Origin: the human T2T-CHM13v2.0 reference genome, Homo sapiens
Assembly (NCBI RefSeq): GCF_009914755.1
Contig: NC_060929.1
Strand: one strand, 5' to 3'
Length of the DNA stretch: 64,000 bases
A program made the translations under genes and the position numbers. Each line of letters starts with the position of its first letter. The stretch's first letter is position 1. Below, in pieces: positions 30,870-44,725 of this stretch. Below the pieces are notes generated by a model. That model was not told where the DNA came from. It ran no database searches and worked only from the letters and a program-made list of their open reading frames with translations.

Positions 30870-31140
30870 TTTATCTTTTTTTAAATTTCTGTGTTTATTT
30901 TAGATACAGGGGTACATGTGCAGGTTTGTTACATTGGTATATTGCACTCAGGTAGTGAGTGTACTACCTAATAGGTAGTTTGTTAACTCACTCCACCCCG
31001 TCCTCCCCTCCCGACTTTAGTAGTTCACTGTGTCTGTTGTTCCCATGTTTATGTCCATGTGTGCTCAGTGTTTAGCGCCCACTTATAAGTGAGAACATGC
31101 AATATTTGGTTTTCTGTTCCTGCATTTATTCACTTAGGAT
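30870..31140 (-). mobile_element. Old L1PA 3' UTR end
   Basis: ggtacatgtgcaggtttgttac...cccacttataagtgagaacatgc. Confidence 0.85.
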
Positions 31141-31359
31141 TTTCCTTTAGTTATGGAATTGTGGAGCTGCTAAGAAAGACTTTTCAATTATTGTAGACCT
31201 TTTCATTTGCATAACTGCAGATTTTTTATTATACTGGCTACATTATAAATTATTAACTAAAACATTTTAAAATTGGGAAACCAATAAAATGGAGCTTTAT
31301 GTTGTATAGAAGAATGCCAAAGTGAATGTTTACAGTTTGTTTTTCTTTAGTAATTTCAT

Positions 31360-32250
31360 TCAGTAAATAGTTATCTATTATTGCCAGACATTGTGCTGAC
31401 AGGAATAAAACTGAGCAAAGTGGGAATAATCCTTGTCCTCATGGAGCTTGTAGTCAAATGGGGTAAAATCACTAAAGAAAAACACACTGTCCTCATTGGG
31501 AAGGGTTCTTTGAGGACATGGAATTGGAGTTGAGATTGAAGGATGAATAGGAGTTTACTGAGACATAGTTGTGGGAGAGGAAGTAGGGAAATACCAGGTT
31601 TGTGAGAGAAAATCAGAAGTTCAGTTCAAAGATGTTACTTATGGTTCCTTTGAAATATACAAATATAAATGTTAAATATATTCTTGGATACAGGGGAATG
31701 GACCTCAAAATGGAGATAGCAGTCATTATCAGAGATATGATCATTGAGACCAAGAGAAAGGATGAGATGGTCTAGGGCAGAATTAGATAATTAGAAGAAA
31801 GGAGAGCCTAACCCTGAGCTTACAGGAATGCCAACATTTAATGGGCTGGTAGAGGAGATTGAATGGCAAAGAAGGGAACTGGAAAGAGAGAGGGAGGAGG
31901 AGAACCAGGAGAGCAGAGTTACACAAGGTAGTCTGGTATTTCGGAAGGTGGTCAACAATGTTAAAAGATGTTAGACATTGCTGCTAAGAGGTCAGATAGG
32001 ACGAAGACTGGAAAATGTTCACTCGTTTTTGACATGTTGGTTATTGTGACCTCAGTGAGAGCTTTTTGAAAGATTCACTGAGGTAGAATCCAGATTGGAA
32101 TGGCTTAACCGGTAAATGGAGCTTAGGAAATGGAGACAGCTAGCATAGATGAGTCTTCTTAGAATTTTGCTATGAAGAATGAAGAGTGAAAAAGGAAGGT
32201 AGTCAGAGAGGTTAAGAACAGTGGGGTTATCAACTAAGAGAAGAGAAGAG
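31360..32250 (-). mobile_element. L2 relic
   Basis: cattcagtaaatag...gccagacattgtgctg...ccttgtcctcatggagctt plus a purine-rich L2 body. Confidence 0.6.
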
Positions 32251-32313
32251 AAGGAATTCCTATTCCCCGTTTTAACACCTTTATTGAGATATAATTGACA
32301 TACAATACAATGC

Positions 32314-32590
32314 ACATATTTGAAGTACATACACAATTTACATTTTTTGCACATGTGTATTTAAGGCAGAGTATTTTTATTTTATTTTAAAGATACAGTA
32401 TATAGCTTTAAAGATACAGTATATTTAGCTTGCATAAAGAATATTTTGAAATATGACAATTTATCTTCTGTCTTTTATACCGTTGGTTTTTATTGGGCAA
32501 ATATATTATTTTCATAATAAAATACATGTGCATGAATGATACTGGTCATGTCCTAGAGGATCACACATCTGTAGTTGACTTTAAAGCTGA
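32314..32590 (+). repeat. Copy 1 of a ~270-bp dispersed direct duplication
   Basis: Aligns by eye with 33783-34038. Confidence 0.92.
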
Positions 32591-33782
32591 GAAAAATGTG
32601 TTCATTTTGGAAGAGTTAATGTTTTCAAATATGTTATCCCTGGGATTTTATACCCACATTAATCAGTAAAAGCTCCCAAAGTGTCAGGATTTCCATTTGT
32701 TAATAAACAAAGCAACAATGAAACTTTCTCATTTTGCTCTAGTATTTTTTATTACATATTGTGTAATTTTTATGTCTTGTTTCTGATAAGCTTGTACTGT
32801 CCTTTATGTTAAGATGTCCTCCATTAATTTACATGGAAGTAAACAGTAACAACAGAGTCAAAGGCTGAAAACAGTTGTTTCTTGAAGAACCAGCTACTGC
32901 CATGTGTTAAAAGAAACTATTCAAATATATGCAGATACTTGGCCAAAGATGGAAAAAAAAAATAAGTTTACTTACCTGGCCATATTCTCTAGTATCCCTT
33001 CAACAAAGGTTTATGTTATGAAATTAAATAATTTGATAAAAAGTTCTTAGAAAAAGACTTCATGATGTAAGTAGAATACATTCTTAGCTAATGTTTTTTG
33101 GCATTAATATTATAATAATTTATTGAGATCTTGTTCATATGTGATGCTATATTTTATGTGTTACAGTTCATATTAAACAGTCTTTGCCCTCGAGGGGGTC
33201 AGAGAAAGTTACCCATCATTAAATCTAACTATTACTTTTGTTTGAGAAACCTCACTAATACATATGTTTGGGAGCTCTGAGCTCAGTAATTCCCCAAGGG
33301 GCAATTCAGTATAACACAGTAAATTGTAATTCCATCAGTTATGGGTCATCTACCACAATCTAAAAATTTTCTTTTGTAGGTTAAATGTTAATCTTTAACA
33401 AAATTACATCTTTCTGAGCCACATTTTCCTCTTACAAAGTAATTTCTAAGTGTTTAGCTTTATTTTGGAAAAGAGCTGTAATACTCTTTGACCACAATGG
33501 GACAATTTTGTAGCCTATCATATTGCTTCGGTAACTGACTGGCAGAATTTATATGTGAAATACTTCTCTAGACCCTGCACTTTCAGAATAGCCTCAAAAT
33601 GCAATATTTTTGATAGGAGTAAAAAAAAAAATTATGTAGCCCAAAGCCATTACAACATTTTATTTCACTTACATGCTTTTGAGTTTTCAGATTCATATGA
33701 TGAGTATATTCAGTTTATTTTAATCTTTATTCCAAAGATACTTCTGTGTTGCACTGTCATCTCTTTCACCATTGGTAAATGA

Positions 33783-34038
33783 ACATATTTGAAGTACAGA
33801 CACTTTACATTTTTTGCACATATATATTTAAGGCAGAAGTATTTTTATTTTATTTTAAAGATACAGTATATAATCATAATTAGCTTGAATGCAGAATTTT
33901 GAGATATGGCAGTTTATCTTCTGTCTTTTATACCATTGGTTTTTATTGGGCAAATATTTTCATAATAAAATACATGTGCATGAATGATACCAGTCATGTC
34001 CTAGAGGATCACAAATCTGTAGTTGACTTTAAAGCTGA
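33783..34038 (+). repeat. Copy 2 of a ~270-bp dispersed direct duplication
   Basis: Shared blocks include cataataaaatacatgtgcatgaatgatac and tcatgtcctagaggatcaca.atctgtagttgactttaaagctga. Confidence 0.92.
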
Positions 34039-34497
34039 AAGGAATATTTATCCTGCACTTCCTTTTTATTTTACACACCTGCTAAGATTCCTCTGGTTAA
34101 AATGAAGTACACTTACCAGTGAAGGAGAAGCCAGTGCAGGTGGATTTGTGGGAGCCTTTCACTATACTCTTGGTACTTCTCTATCTGAGGCAACATTTTA
34201 GCAGTTTTGGCCCTAATGATATTAATTGCCAGTACCAATGTTCAGAACTAGTAAAAAATATAGTTAACTTCAGTCTTAAAAAAAAAAATCCTACTACGTG
34301 ATTATCATTTATTCATCATCATTGGAAAATTGGTGAGGTATGATTTGTTTATTCTTTGAGAAAATTAATTTACTCTGAAAACTATGTGACTGCCTAGGAT
34401 GCAGTAGCACGATGCTGGACAGCATACGCAAAGACAAGGAAATATAATACAGAGTTGCAGTTGCAGAAAAATGTGTTAACTGGTAGTTTTACTTCAG

Positions 34498-34580
34498 CAG
34501 GCCCAAAACCCAAAAAGGCAAAAGACGCAGGCAAAGGCACACCACTCACTAATACTGAAGATGTGTTGAAAAAAATGGAG
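34498..34580 (+). CDS. POLR3G: POLR3G exon 6: (A)GPKPKKAKDAGKGTPLTNTEDVLKKME
   Basis: NAGNAG acceptor ttcag|CAG|GC; donor GAG|gtaagg; 83 nt. Confidence 0.95.
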
Positions 34581-35119
34581 GTAAGGTTTTCTTCTTACTA
34601 TACAAGTGAACTGAAAAAATGTAAAAGATCCTACCTCGTTTTGCTCTGTTTCAACCTTTCAGCATTCTCTTACTTTTTAATAATGTAAATTTGGCAGAAG
34701 CGAGCCCAACATATAAGGTAACTGGGAAGGTTTGAACTTTGCAGGCTGGGAGATATGGAGGGTCTGTCCTGTCCTTCGTTACCACTCACCTGGCCACTTA
34801 CCTCACCTTCTGTCACCTCTTTCTTTTTCACTGTATCCCCCTTTCCGCTTATATTTGAATCATGCAGGCAGAGAGAAACATGAGCAAGTTTTAAAAAGAG
34901 TTACATATGTAACTCTTTTAAAAACCTCTCATTTTTCCTCCTGTTGGTTAATATGTACAGTTTTAATGCTTTTTTTTTGGTCTTAAGTATTGAAGACTCT
35001 TGAGGGAAAAATGTATTTTATAGAACTTATTTTTATAGCTTTCTTTATCTAAATATTTCAAAAATAAAAAAATGTAGATTCAGAAGGTTAAAGCACTGAA
35101 AATTTTAAAAATTTAATTT

Positions 35120-35900
35120 TTCAAAAATAAAAAATGTAAGATTCAGAAGTTTAAAACACTGAAAATTTTCCCTCCTATTCCTGTCCCTAGTCATCCAGTT
35201 CCCTTCCTATAGACAACCAATGTTACTAGTTTCTTATGTCTTTTTTCAGAAGTATTTCATACATAGCAAATACGAGGTTTCTTTTTCTTTTTAAAGACAG
35301 AGATAGCATATTACATTCTGCGTTTTCATTTTATCACTTAACTGAATACCTTGGATGTGGTTCCATATAAGTCTGTGTAGAGTTACCTCATCCTTTTTTT
35401 TTTTTTTTTTGGCTGCACTATAAAAATGAACTGTAATTTATTTAATTAATATCCTACATAATTGGATATATGGACATTATGTTTCATCTAGTGTTTTGCT
35501 GTTATTAACAATGCTGCAATGAATTCATGTTAAGTATGTCATTTCACCTGTGTAGGGTAGATTTCTAGAAGTATTTGGTCAGTACATAAATGTGCACTGT
35601 ATGAAATGGATAGCTATTGTTACATTGCTCTTTATGGAGGTTATACCAGTTTACTACCGTTATCAATGCATGCATTGTCTTGCCTTGGTGATGATGATGA
35701 TGACAGTAACAGCTAACACTTTATTGAAACTTATTCTGTGCCAGCCTCCTTGATGAGCTCTTTACATATGTTATGTCCATAAGAGTTCATAACAACAAGG
35801 AGAGGTGGATATTATTCCTTCTTTACAGATGAGGAAGTCAAGGCTTTAAAATTTTTACTTGCCTGGCCAAGTTGGCACAGCTATTTGGTAGTGGAAACTC
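35120..35900 (-). mobile_element. L1ME-type 3' relic followed by a MIR
   Basis: caaccaatgttactagtttcttatgt...; tttacagatgaggaagtcaaggct (MIR core). Confidence 0.6.
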
Positions 35901-36871
35901 ATATTTTTATTTTATTATTTGACCAGTACTGGAGTTAGAGACAACATGTCTGAAAAATAAAGCCAGAGTACTGATGAAGGAGCAGTGATAACTGTCAGGT
36001 TTAACTATGGCGGAATGATGGGAATGCAGTTCTAGCCAGTTTGTATTGACTGAACTCAGGTTCTGGCTATTCTAAAAGCTTCCTGGAGAAAACTTGCTAA
36101 GATGACATGTGCCGTAAGGAAGATTGATCTGGACCTCTGGGTTTCTCCGTGTAACAAACTGTGTTTCCATATTGTCTACATTTAAACACAATTTTCAGGA
36201 CACACACTGGAAAAACTGGAAATTTAAATCTAGAAATACCAATGAGTTTAGAAGAGCAAAAGTTGTTCCCAGATGACTTTCTTATTGCTGATTTTTTCAG
36301 CAAAAGCAGTTCCAAGTTTTTTTTATAATAGAGCATTCGTGGATGGAGAGGGAGTGACATACATTCAAATCTCATGATTAATGTGTGAGTAATTAGTGGT
36401 AAACTAATATCTGAGGTTTCTTATTTCTGCATAACAGGAGGCTCTGTATGGTGGCTGTAAGGCTGTATAATATTTAAACCAGAAGAACTGCTCTCTGTCC
36501 ATAATTGAACACTGTTTTCAGTATCTTTATATTATTCATTTTATTCTTAAATCTGTAAAGTAGTAAAGTTAGATGGTTAAATCTCAACAGGAGAGAAAAT
36601 GGAGACTAGTAAGTAGAAGAGCTGAAACTAGTAGCTTAATGCAAAAGGAATGAAGCAATGAGACAATATATGTGGCTTTGAGATCAATTTTTATTAAAAA
36701 GTTGCATAAATCTACTTTTAACCTATTTTATGAGTCTGATTTAGATCTGTGTGGTGGAAATAAAGATGAGGATTTTTTTTTTTAAAGGTATTTGAGGTAG
36801 CAATAATAGAAATAGAGACTTCCTGGTTCCTATGTGGCACTGAATGAATACTGTATTTAAAAAGTACTTTT

Positions 36872-37186
<315 letters not shown>

Positions 37187-38507
37187 TTAAATAACTGTGT
37201 TCTTAATTATAAAAATAAAATAATAGCATGTTTTTTAGATATAGTGTGTACCCTGCACAGAGCTAAATAAATATGGCACTACAATTTCCTATTAACTATA
37301 CAACTTATTGGTTGCAGGTCTTTTTACTGTGATCTGATTAAAATAGTAAAAAAATATAATATTAACATACCATCAAATATGTGTGTGTATATCTTATTAT
37401 AGATGCTGCAAAAGATCCATAAGCACGATTTTCTTTACTTGCACTTTTCCAAAGGGATTGCCAGTTGGAAAAATTGCACACATCATATTGTAGTAATAAC
37501 TCATATAAGACAACATATGAGTCAGTATCAAGATAAATCATCTTATGTCTGTTACCTTGGTCTTATTTGTTCTGCCTGAGTGGGTTAAGCAGACAGGAAA
37601 GGTGGAGTTTGAATTTTGATTAGAAATTGAGCCTATCTAATGTAGTCTCTCTGTTGTCTTTGATTTCCTTAAATTCAAATTTGAATTTAATTACAAGGAT
37701 TTTTAAAGATAAGCGTTTAAGAACCAGTAAAGGAATAGCTAAGTTGTAGTTACTCCAGATATAAAATCTGCTTTCTCTCTATATGTAATCTACAAAGCAA
37801 ATACCTTATAATAGAGATGGAGTGTTTGCAGATTCATGCATTAGTATTCCAATTTCTGTTTAGGAATAATCACATTTTAGCTGAGGTGACTTATGCCTTA
37901 ATTATGCGTATTAATATGTGAAATTATTGACTCCTGGAAAACTTGTGAAATTCTATCATATGTGCAAATTGAGCATAGTACAATTTAGTGAACAGATAGT
38001 GACAGTAATGAAAATAAGTCACTTTTTATTAAATGAAAAAAATTGTTGGTAGTCATAATAGAAATACAAAGATGTAATTTTAAAGTTAATTTTGTGTACT
38101 ATTCCCTGATGGTTCCACTTGTGGATAAGTGGGACTCTCATGGAATCAAAGCTTTCCTAACTCTGCATCTCTCTTTTGTCTTCTCTTTTAGAATTCCTAA
38201 TAATTGCTAGTATTGACTGTGATTTGAGTTTTAATTTCTCTCTTTCTTCTCAATCTGCCAGATATATTAAGAAACAAGAATTCCTGGCAACAGGAAGTAA
38301 ATAATGAGAGAGAAAAAAGATAAAGACACAGATAAAATGCAACTAGGATAATCTAACCCAGGATGACTTGCTATTATAATAATAGTATTAAATGGCCTCA
38401 TGTATAAAGTGAAACATAGACATTTTGAGATAATACTATTACCTTATTTTTCCCCTTTTATGTTAGAAGGAAAACAAAATAACATTCTAAAAGTTCTCCA
38501 TAAACTA

Positions 38508-38828
<321 letters not shown>

Positions 38829-39119
38829 AGGTAGGAGATAAATTATAAAAAATAAAGCATTGTGCATTAGAGCTGATAAGCCCAATATTAATCTGAAACC
38901 CAATTATTAAGTAACAAAATCAAAGAAAATGCTGGTTTAGTGGTGAGACAGTAAATTCCTTCTTTCTTGAGTTGACTCATAGTTTCCTAGGTGGTAGCCA
39001 GGAGGTGGTGGTAAGATGGGAGTAGAATAAGGTGATAGATAACTGTTCCCTTAAGGCTAAGCAGGGAAGTCAGCAGTCTAGTGGTTTCCATACAAATTAA
39101 TGAAACTCACTTATACCAG

Positions 39120-39266
39120 GAATTGGAAAAAAGAGGTGATGGTGAAAAATCAGATGAGGAAAATGAAGAGAAAGAAGGAAGCAAAGAGAAAAGTAAAGAA
39201 GGTGATGATGACGATGACGATGATGCCGCAGAACAGGAGGAATATGATGAAGAAGAGCAAGAAGAG
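39120..39266 (+). CDS. POLR3G: POLR3G exon 7, acidic tail: ELEKRGDGEKSDEENEEKEGSKEKSKEGDDDDDDDAAEQEEYDEEEQEE
   Basis: accag|GAA ... GAG|gtaatg; 147 nt; phase 0-0. Confidence 0.96.
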
Positions 39267-41373
39267 GTAATGGTTCATTTGGGGATGGTAGCAAAATTAA
39301 TAAGGTTTATCTAATAAGGAATCAGATATAGAGTATGTATTGAAATCAATAAACAGAAACCAAGATGATGGGAACCAGAAGTATATTATTATCAATGGCA
39401 TCGATTCCTTGCTATCAAGAGAACTTCCTTGCTATCGAGAGAACTATTATAGCATTGAAATTATAATGATGTCAAATTGAATATAGGAAATAAAAATGAT
39501 TGGCAACTTTGTAAGTATAAATCTGCAAGTTAAGGAGATTGATCAGATTAGTGCAGTTAAGATTTAACAACATAAAAATTTAAGTCAGCAATTCAGGTAA
39601 CGGAGGGCTTAACCACCTAGGTCTAGAGGAGAATCCCTGCAGTGTGTTTCAAATTCCAAAGTGCATGTGGATACTATCAGAGAAGATTGATAATTTAACC
39701 TCAGGTATCTGGCTGAGTCAGGACTCTGTGTTTTCCATTTGGGATGTCTAACTTTTAGAATGAAATGCACATAGTACATTTCAGAATTAGCTGGAGTCAA
39801 TCAGGTATTTTTAGTAGGGTAACTTTGCAGACCACAGCCTCTTCGGGACTTTGTAGACACCTCAGACCGTAACCCTAGGTGGAGAGTTTCTTCTCCATTC
39901 TGGTGACCTTTGTCTTCATTCCATTTCAGCCTCTTATACCACATTCTCAAATTTTGCTTCTCCGGAAACTTCCAACTATGAAATCTTTACTATAATTATT
40001 TTGCATTAAATTTGGTATTCTTTTGAAATTTGTATTAGTATAAACAGAGAAGTGTGGATACATTTTTTATCTGTTTCCAAGTGGCTAGCCAGCTGCTAAC
40101 CTCATTTCTTAATTTGCTTTCCTCGTTGATTTTGAAATTCTTCTGGTATCAGCTATTAGATTCTCATTTCTACTTCTGTTCTCTGTTCCATTGATCTATT
40201 TTGAACCAACACTAAGCTGTTGCAAGTAGTAGAAGCTTCTGATTATTTGTTAATGTTGGTAGGGTATGTCTTCCTTCCTATTCTTTTTTCACAATTTTCC
40301 TGAATATTCTGTCTATTCTTTCAGATACATTTTAAGTCTAAACATTTAAAAATTAAATATGCCACATTTGTGGTAGATCACATTTGTCTCCAGCCTTCTT
40401 TTCAGATCATTCATGTTTTTATTTCCATTGCTCTCTGACATGATTGAAACTGTCAGTACTTCTGATCATCTCTTTCCCCTTTATTGGTTCTCTGTTTTAA
40501 TTTTCTTTTCTAAGAAACTTAGACCCTTGCTCGCCCTTCATCTTCTTTTTTGCCATTATTGTCTCTTGTCCTCCCAGCGCACACACTAGACCAAAGCCAA
40601 CTTTGATCATTTCCATTCTCTACCTATTTTCCCTTTCAAATCTGACCTATTGAGCATTTCTTGGGAATCACAGAAATTGATGCCCCTCAAAAAACACTAG
40701 CCCCATTTTGCTGGATAACATGTTTTCTGTTTTTAAGTCAGCTCTCTACAGCAATTATTTTTGATCAACTTCTTTCTTCTTATTTCCCTTTGTTTACTAC
40801 CTTTTCTTTCACTCTTAGCAGGTGATAATACCTTCATACGGGAAATGAAGTCATCAAGAGGAAACTCTATTAAATTTCATGTCCTCTGCCTTCAAACTCA
40901 GTGTCTTCCTTCCTCCTCCTCTTTTTTTTTTTAATCAAGGGAGGAAATCCCCTTTATCCTATTTGGGGCTAACGGCCCTATCCTTTTTTGGAACCATAGT
41001 CCTCCAGTCATTTCCCTTTCCATATTTTTAACCTCTTTTTCTGCTTGTCTCTTCCATTCATGAATGTTCATTTCCCATTGTAAAACATGTTCATTTCCCA
41101 TTGTAAAATATGTTGTCCACATTCTCCCTCATGCCATCTCTTGAAAAGCTTCTTTAGCTGTCATCACCCCTCCCCCTCCCCCACCATTAGCTCTTTTCAA
41201 TCTTAGTTTCACCTCCATCCTATTCAAATAATTGCTTTTGACAAATAGAAGTAGCTTAAAGAAAGAAATTATTGCTACCACGCTCACCATAGACAAATTT
41301 TAGCCTTTATGTCACTTAACTTTTTTGCAGCATTTAACACTTCTGACAGCTCTATTATTAAAATATTATTTCC

Positions 41374-41660
<287 letters not shown>

Positions 41661-42579
41661 TTAAATTCAACAATTTACAGCAATTATATGCATCTTCTAT
41701 ATGCCAGGCATTGTGCTAATTGCCAAGTCTTAGACAAACATGGTTGCTTCCCTTAATTTTTGTTACATAATGCTTTTCGTTTTTCTCCTATTTCTGGTAC
41801 ATTTTTATGGTCTCTGGAGTTCTTTCTAGTCTTTAAATGTCAGTATTCTTCAGGGCTCTTCCCTCGGGCTTCTTTTTCTTGCTGTAATCTCTCTGATTGC
41901 ATCCCTCCCCATAGTTACCCTGTATAAACATGTAACTCCTCAGTTCTTTTTCATTCAACCTATAGTAAGTGTACACTAAGTATATGCTTGGAATTGTACT
42001 AGGCAATGGGAATATGAAGATAAGATACAGTTCTTCTCTCAGGGAAATTACTAGAGAGACAAAAAAGGTAACAGTTAATATACAGTGAATAATGCTGTGA
42101 TACAGTAGTACCGGATGCTATAGCGGCATATAAGAGATGCTGTGGGCACACCAAAGTCTATTTTAGGCATATCAAAGATGATATTTCAAAGAAGACAATT
42201 TAGGTGATCTGAAGAGCTAATCAGATCAAGATAGGAACATGGAATGGAGTGGACACTTGCAGGGAGAAAAAAGAACATGGAGAGAGGCTTGCAGGTGATG
42301 GGAGTGTAGCTTCTTAATTTAACTGACCAGATAAATCGGTATGGCGGGACTAGAGGGTGTTAAGTGGGCTTGTGTTGAGAGATGAAGCTGGAGAGATGAG
42401 CAGGTCATTAAGGACTTTGAATGTCAAGCTGAGAAATTTGACTTTATCCTGAGTACTGTGGGGAGCATTGAGGGGTTTTAAACAGTGGAATGGTATAATC
42501 ATGTTTATATTTTAGAAAGCTCAGTTGCTTTGAATGGAAGAGCCAAGTTTGGGTCATATTTGAAAGCTTATTGCTGTAA

Positions 42580-42710
42580 ACCAGTGGTTTTCAATACTCT
42601 TGAAAGGATATTTGGTAGTGTCTGGAGATATATTTGGTTGTCACACTGCCATGGGGGTAGTAGGGTGGTGGTGCTATAGGTTCTAGTTTGTGTGGTCAAT
42701 ACTCTAGACA
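42580..42710. mobile_element. MER20-like hAT relic
   Basis: cagtggttttcaa...tttggtagtgtctggagatatatttggttgtcaca. Confidence 0.6.
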
Positions 42711-42758
42711 AGACTGGCATTTGCAATGCTCTGTTGACAATGTCTGCTTGCACTGAGT

Positions 42759-42986
42759 TCAGGATCAAGACCATCCTGGCTAACACGGTGAAACCCCGTC
42801 TCTACTAAAAATACAAAAAATTAGCCGGGCGTGGTGGCAGGCGCCTGTAGTCCCGGCTACTCGGGAGGCTGAGGCAGGAGAATGGCGTGAACCAGGGAGG
42901 CAGAGCTTTCAGTGAGCCGAGATCGCGCCACTGCACTCCAGCCTGGGTGACAAGAGTGAGACTGCGTCTCAAAGAAAAAAAAAAAA
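42759..42986 (+). mobile_element. 5'-truncated AluY
   Basis: gatcaagaccatcctggctaacacggtg...gaatggcgtgaacc; CpG-rich. Confidence 0.9.
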
Positions 42987-44638
42987 GATTACTAACGTCA
43001 CACAATTACCAAATTTGAATCACTTAAACAGAACTTGGAAGAGGTACTCATGTCTAAAACACAAGTGACATATGCTTGATTTGGAATACTAGAGTATCCC
43101 TTCCTTATTCATCTCCACTTTATGTACAAATCGGCTTACTTTTATTTCTACACAAGTGTTCTTGCCAAAGGTCTCCTTTACAATGAGACCTCATTTGAAC
43201 TCTCAACCATGCCACCCTCCCCTGGTACACAGGCCCCAAGCTTCACCCAGGTGTCTAAATATTGCCAAATTTTTTTGGCACCAGAAAAGCCAGGCCAACT
43301 TTCCAGAGATGGGAATGGTCTTAGCTGAATGCAGAAACTTAAAGTATCTAGGGAAGAAAAAGTAATGAGATAACTATCTAAAGAATGCATATACAGTGAA
43401 TAATGCATGTTACCTTTCTTGCATTATGTAAATATATTAAAAATCCCACTATCCAGATTTAAAAAAAAAAAAAACTTTGGAAAAAAATTAGTAAAATTGA
43501 TAAGAGACTTTCTTTTGAGAATAGTCTGTATTTCTTACTATAGATAGTAGAGATGTGGACATTAATTTCTTATTATAGCAGATCTCAATCATGTGCAAAA
43601 ATGTAGTGACTAGTAAAAGAAACACCCATGGTCTTATCACTCAGCTTTAACAATGGTCAATTCATAGCTAATCTTTCAACCACTCATTCATCTACCCAAT
43701 CCCTCCCTGTCCACCCATCCCATTCCCCGTGCCCCATGTGCCTTGGATTCCAAAGAAAATCCTAGGCATCGTATCATTTCATCCACAAATATGTCAGTAT
43801 GGATTCAAAAATAAGGGCTCTTTAACAACATCACTGTATCATTATAACACCCCATACAATGAAATATAATTCCTTAATTTCATCAAATATCTGGCCAGTA
43901 TTGAATTTTCTTGGTTGTCTCAAAAAGTTTGTTCCAAACAGAATCCAAATACAATCCATACATTGCAACTGATTAATAACTCTTAGGTTTAATTTATATC
44001 CAAAGTGGATTTTTGATTGTAAGATACTGGAGGCCCGGAAAAATAAATAAGAAAGTAATATTTGAATTTTTGATAGAAAGCACAGATATTTTCTGAGTTA
44101 TTTGCATGGATGATAGTCTTATTCAGCCACAAGAAAAAGAAACTAAGAGGTCCTAGATAGAATACAATATAGGCATCTTTTGGATTTGGTTTGGTATCAT
44201 GCCTTTTTTTTTTTTTTAATAGGAAGTAAAAGTCTTTCTGGCTTATGCTTAGTTATGTTTTATGACTAAAAATCTCAGTACTGGTGTAGTCTAATGGATG
44301 TTAATGTAAACTGGCTTTTTTTCTTGTCTGTGCATTTTTTGGGTAAGTGTTTAGTGGTTTAGCTAACTAAACTATGTATCATCCCAGTAAGCTGTAATGT
44401 GTTAGTAGCTATATTATCCTATTGAGATGGTATGGGCAACCCTTCATGTTCTCTTAGCTAGTTAGTGCCTGACAAGAGTAGAAGGTGGTGGTCTTAAGGA
44501 AGAAAGCGGCACAGGTAAACACAAGTGAAAACTGTTGTGTTTTTGAAGCAGATAAAAAGCAGAGACTTTTAGGCCTGGAATATTTTCTTACTACTCATTC
44601 ATTTTAACGTTTACAAAGGAATATATCATTTCACTTAG

Positions 44639-44725
44639 GAAAATGACTACATTAATTCATACTTTGAAGATGGAGATGATTTTGGCGCAGACAGTGATGA
44701 CAACATGGATGAGGCAACCTATTAG
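44639..44725 (+). CDS. POLR3G: POLR3G last coding exon: ENDYINSYFEDGDDFGADSDDNMDEATY*
   Basis: cttag|GAA; TAG at 44723-44725. Coding exons sum to 672 nt = 223 aa + stop. Confidence 0.96.
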   Translation, partial: ENDYINSYFEDGDDFGADSDDNMDEATY

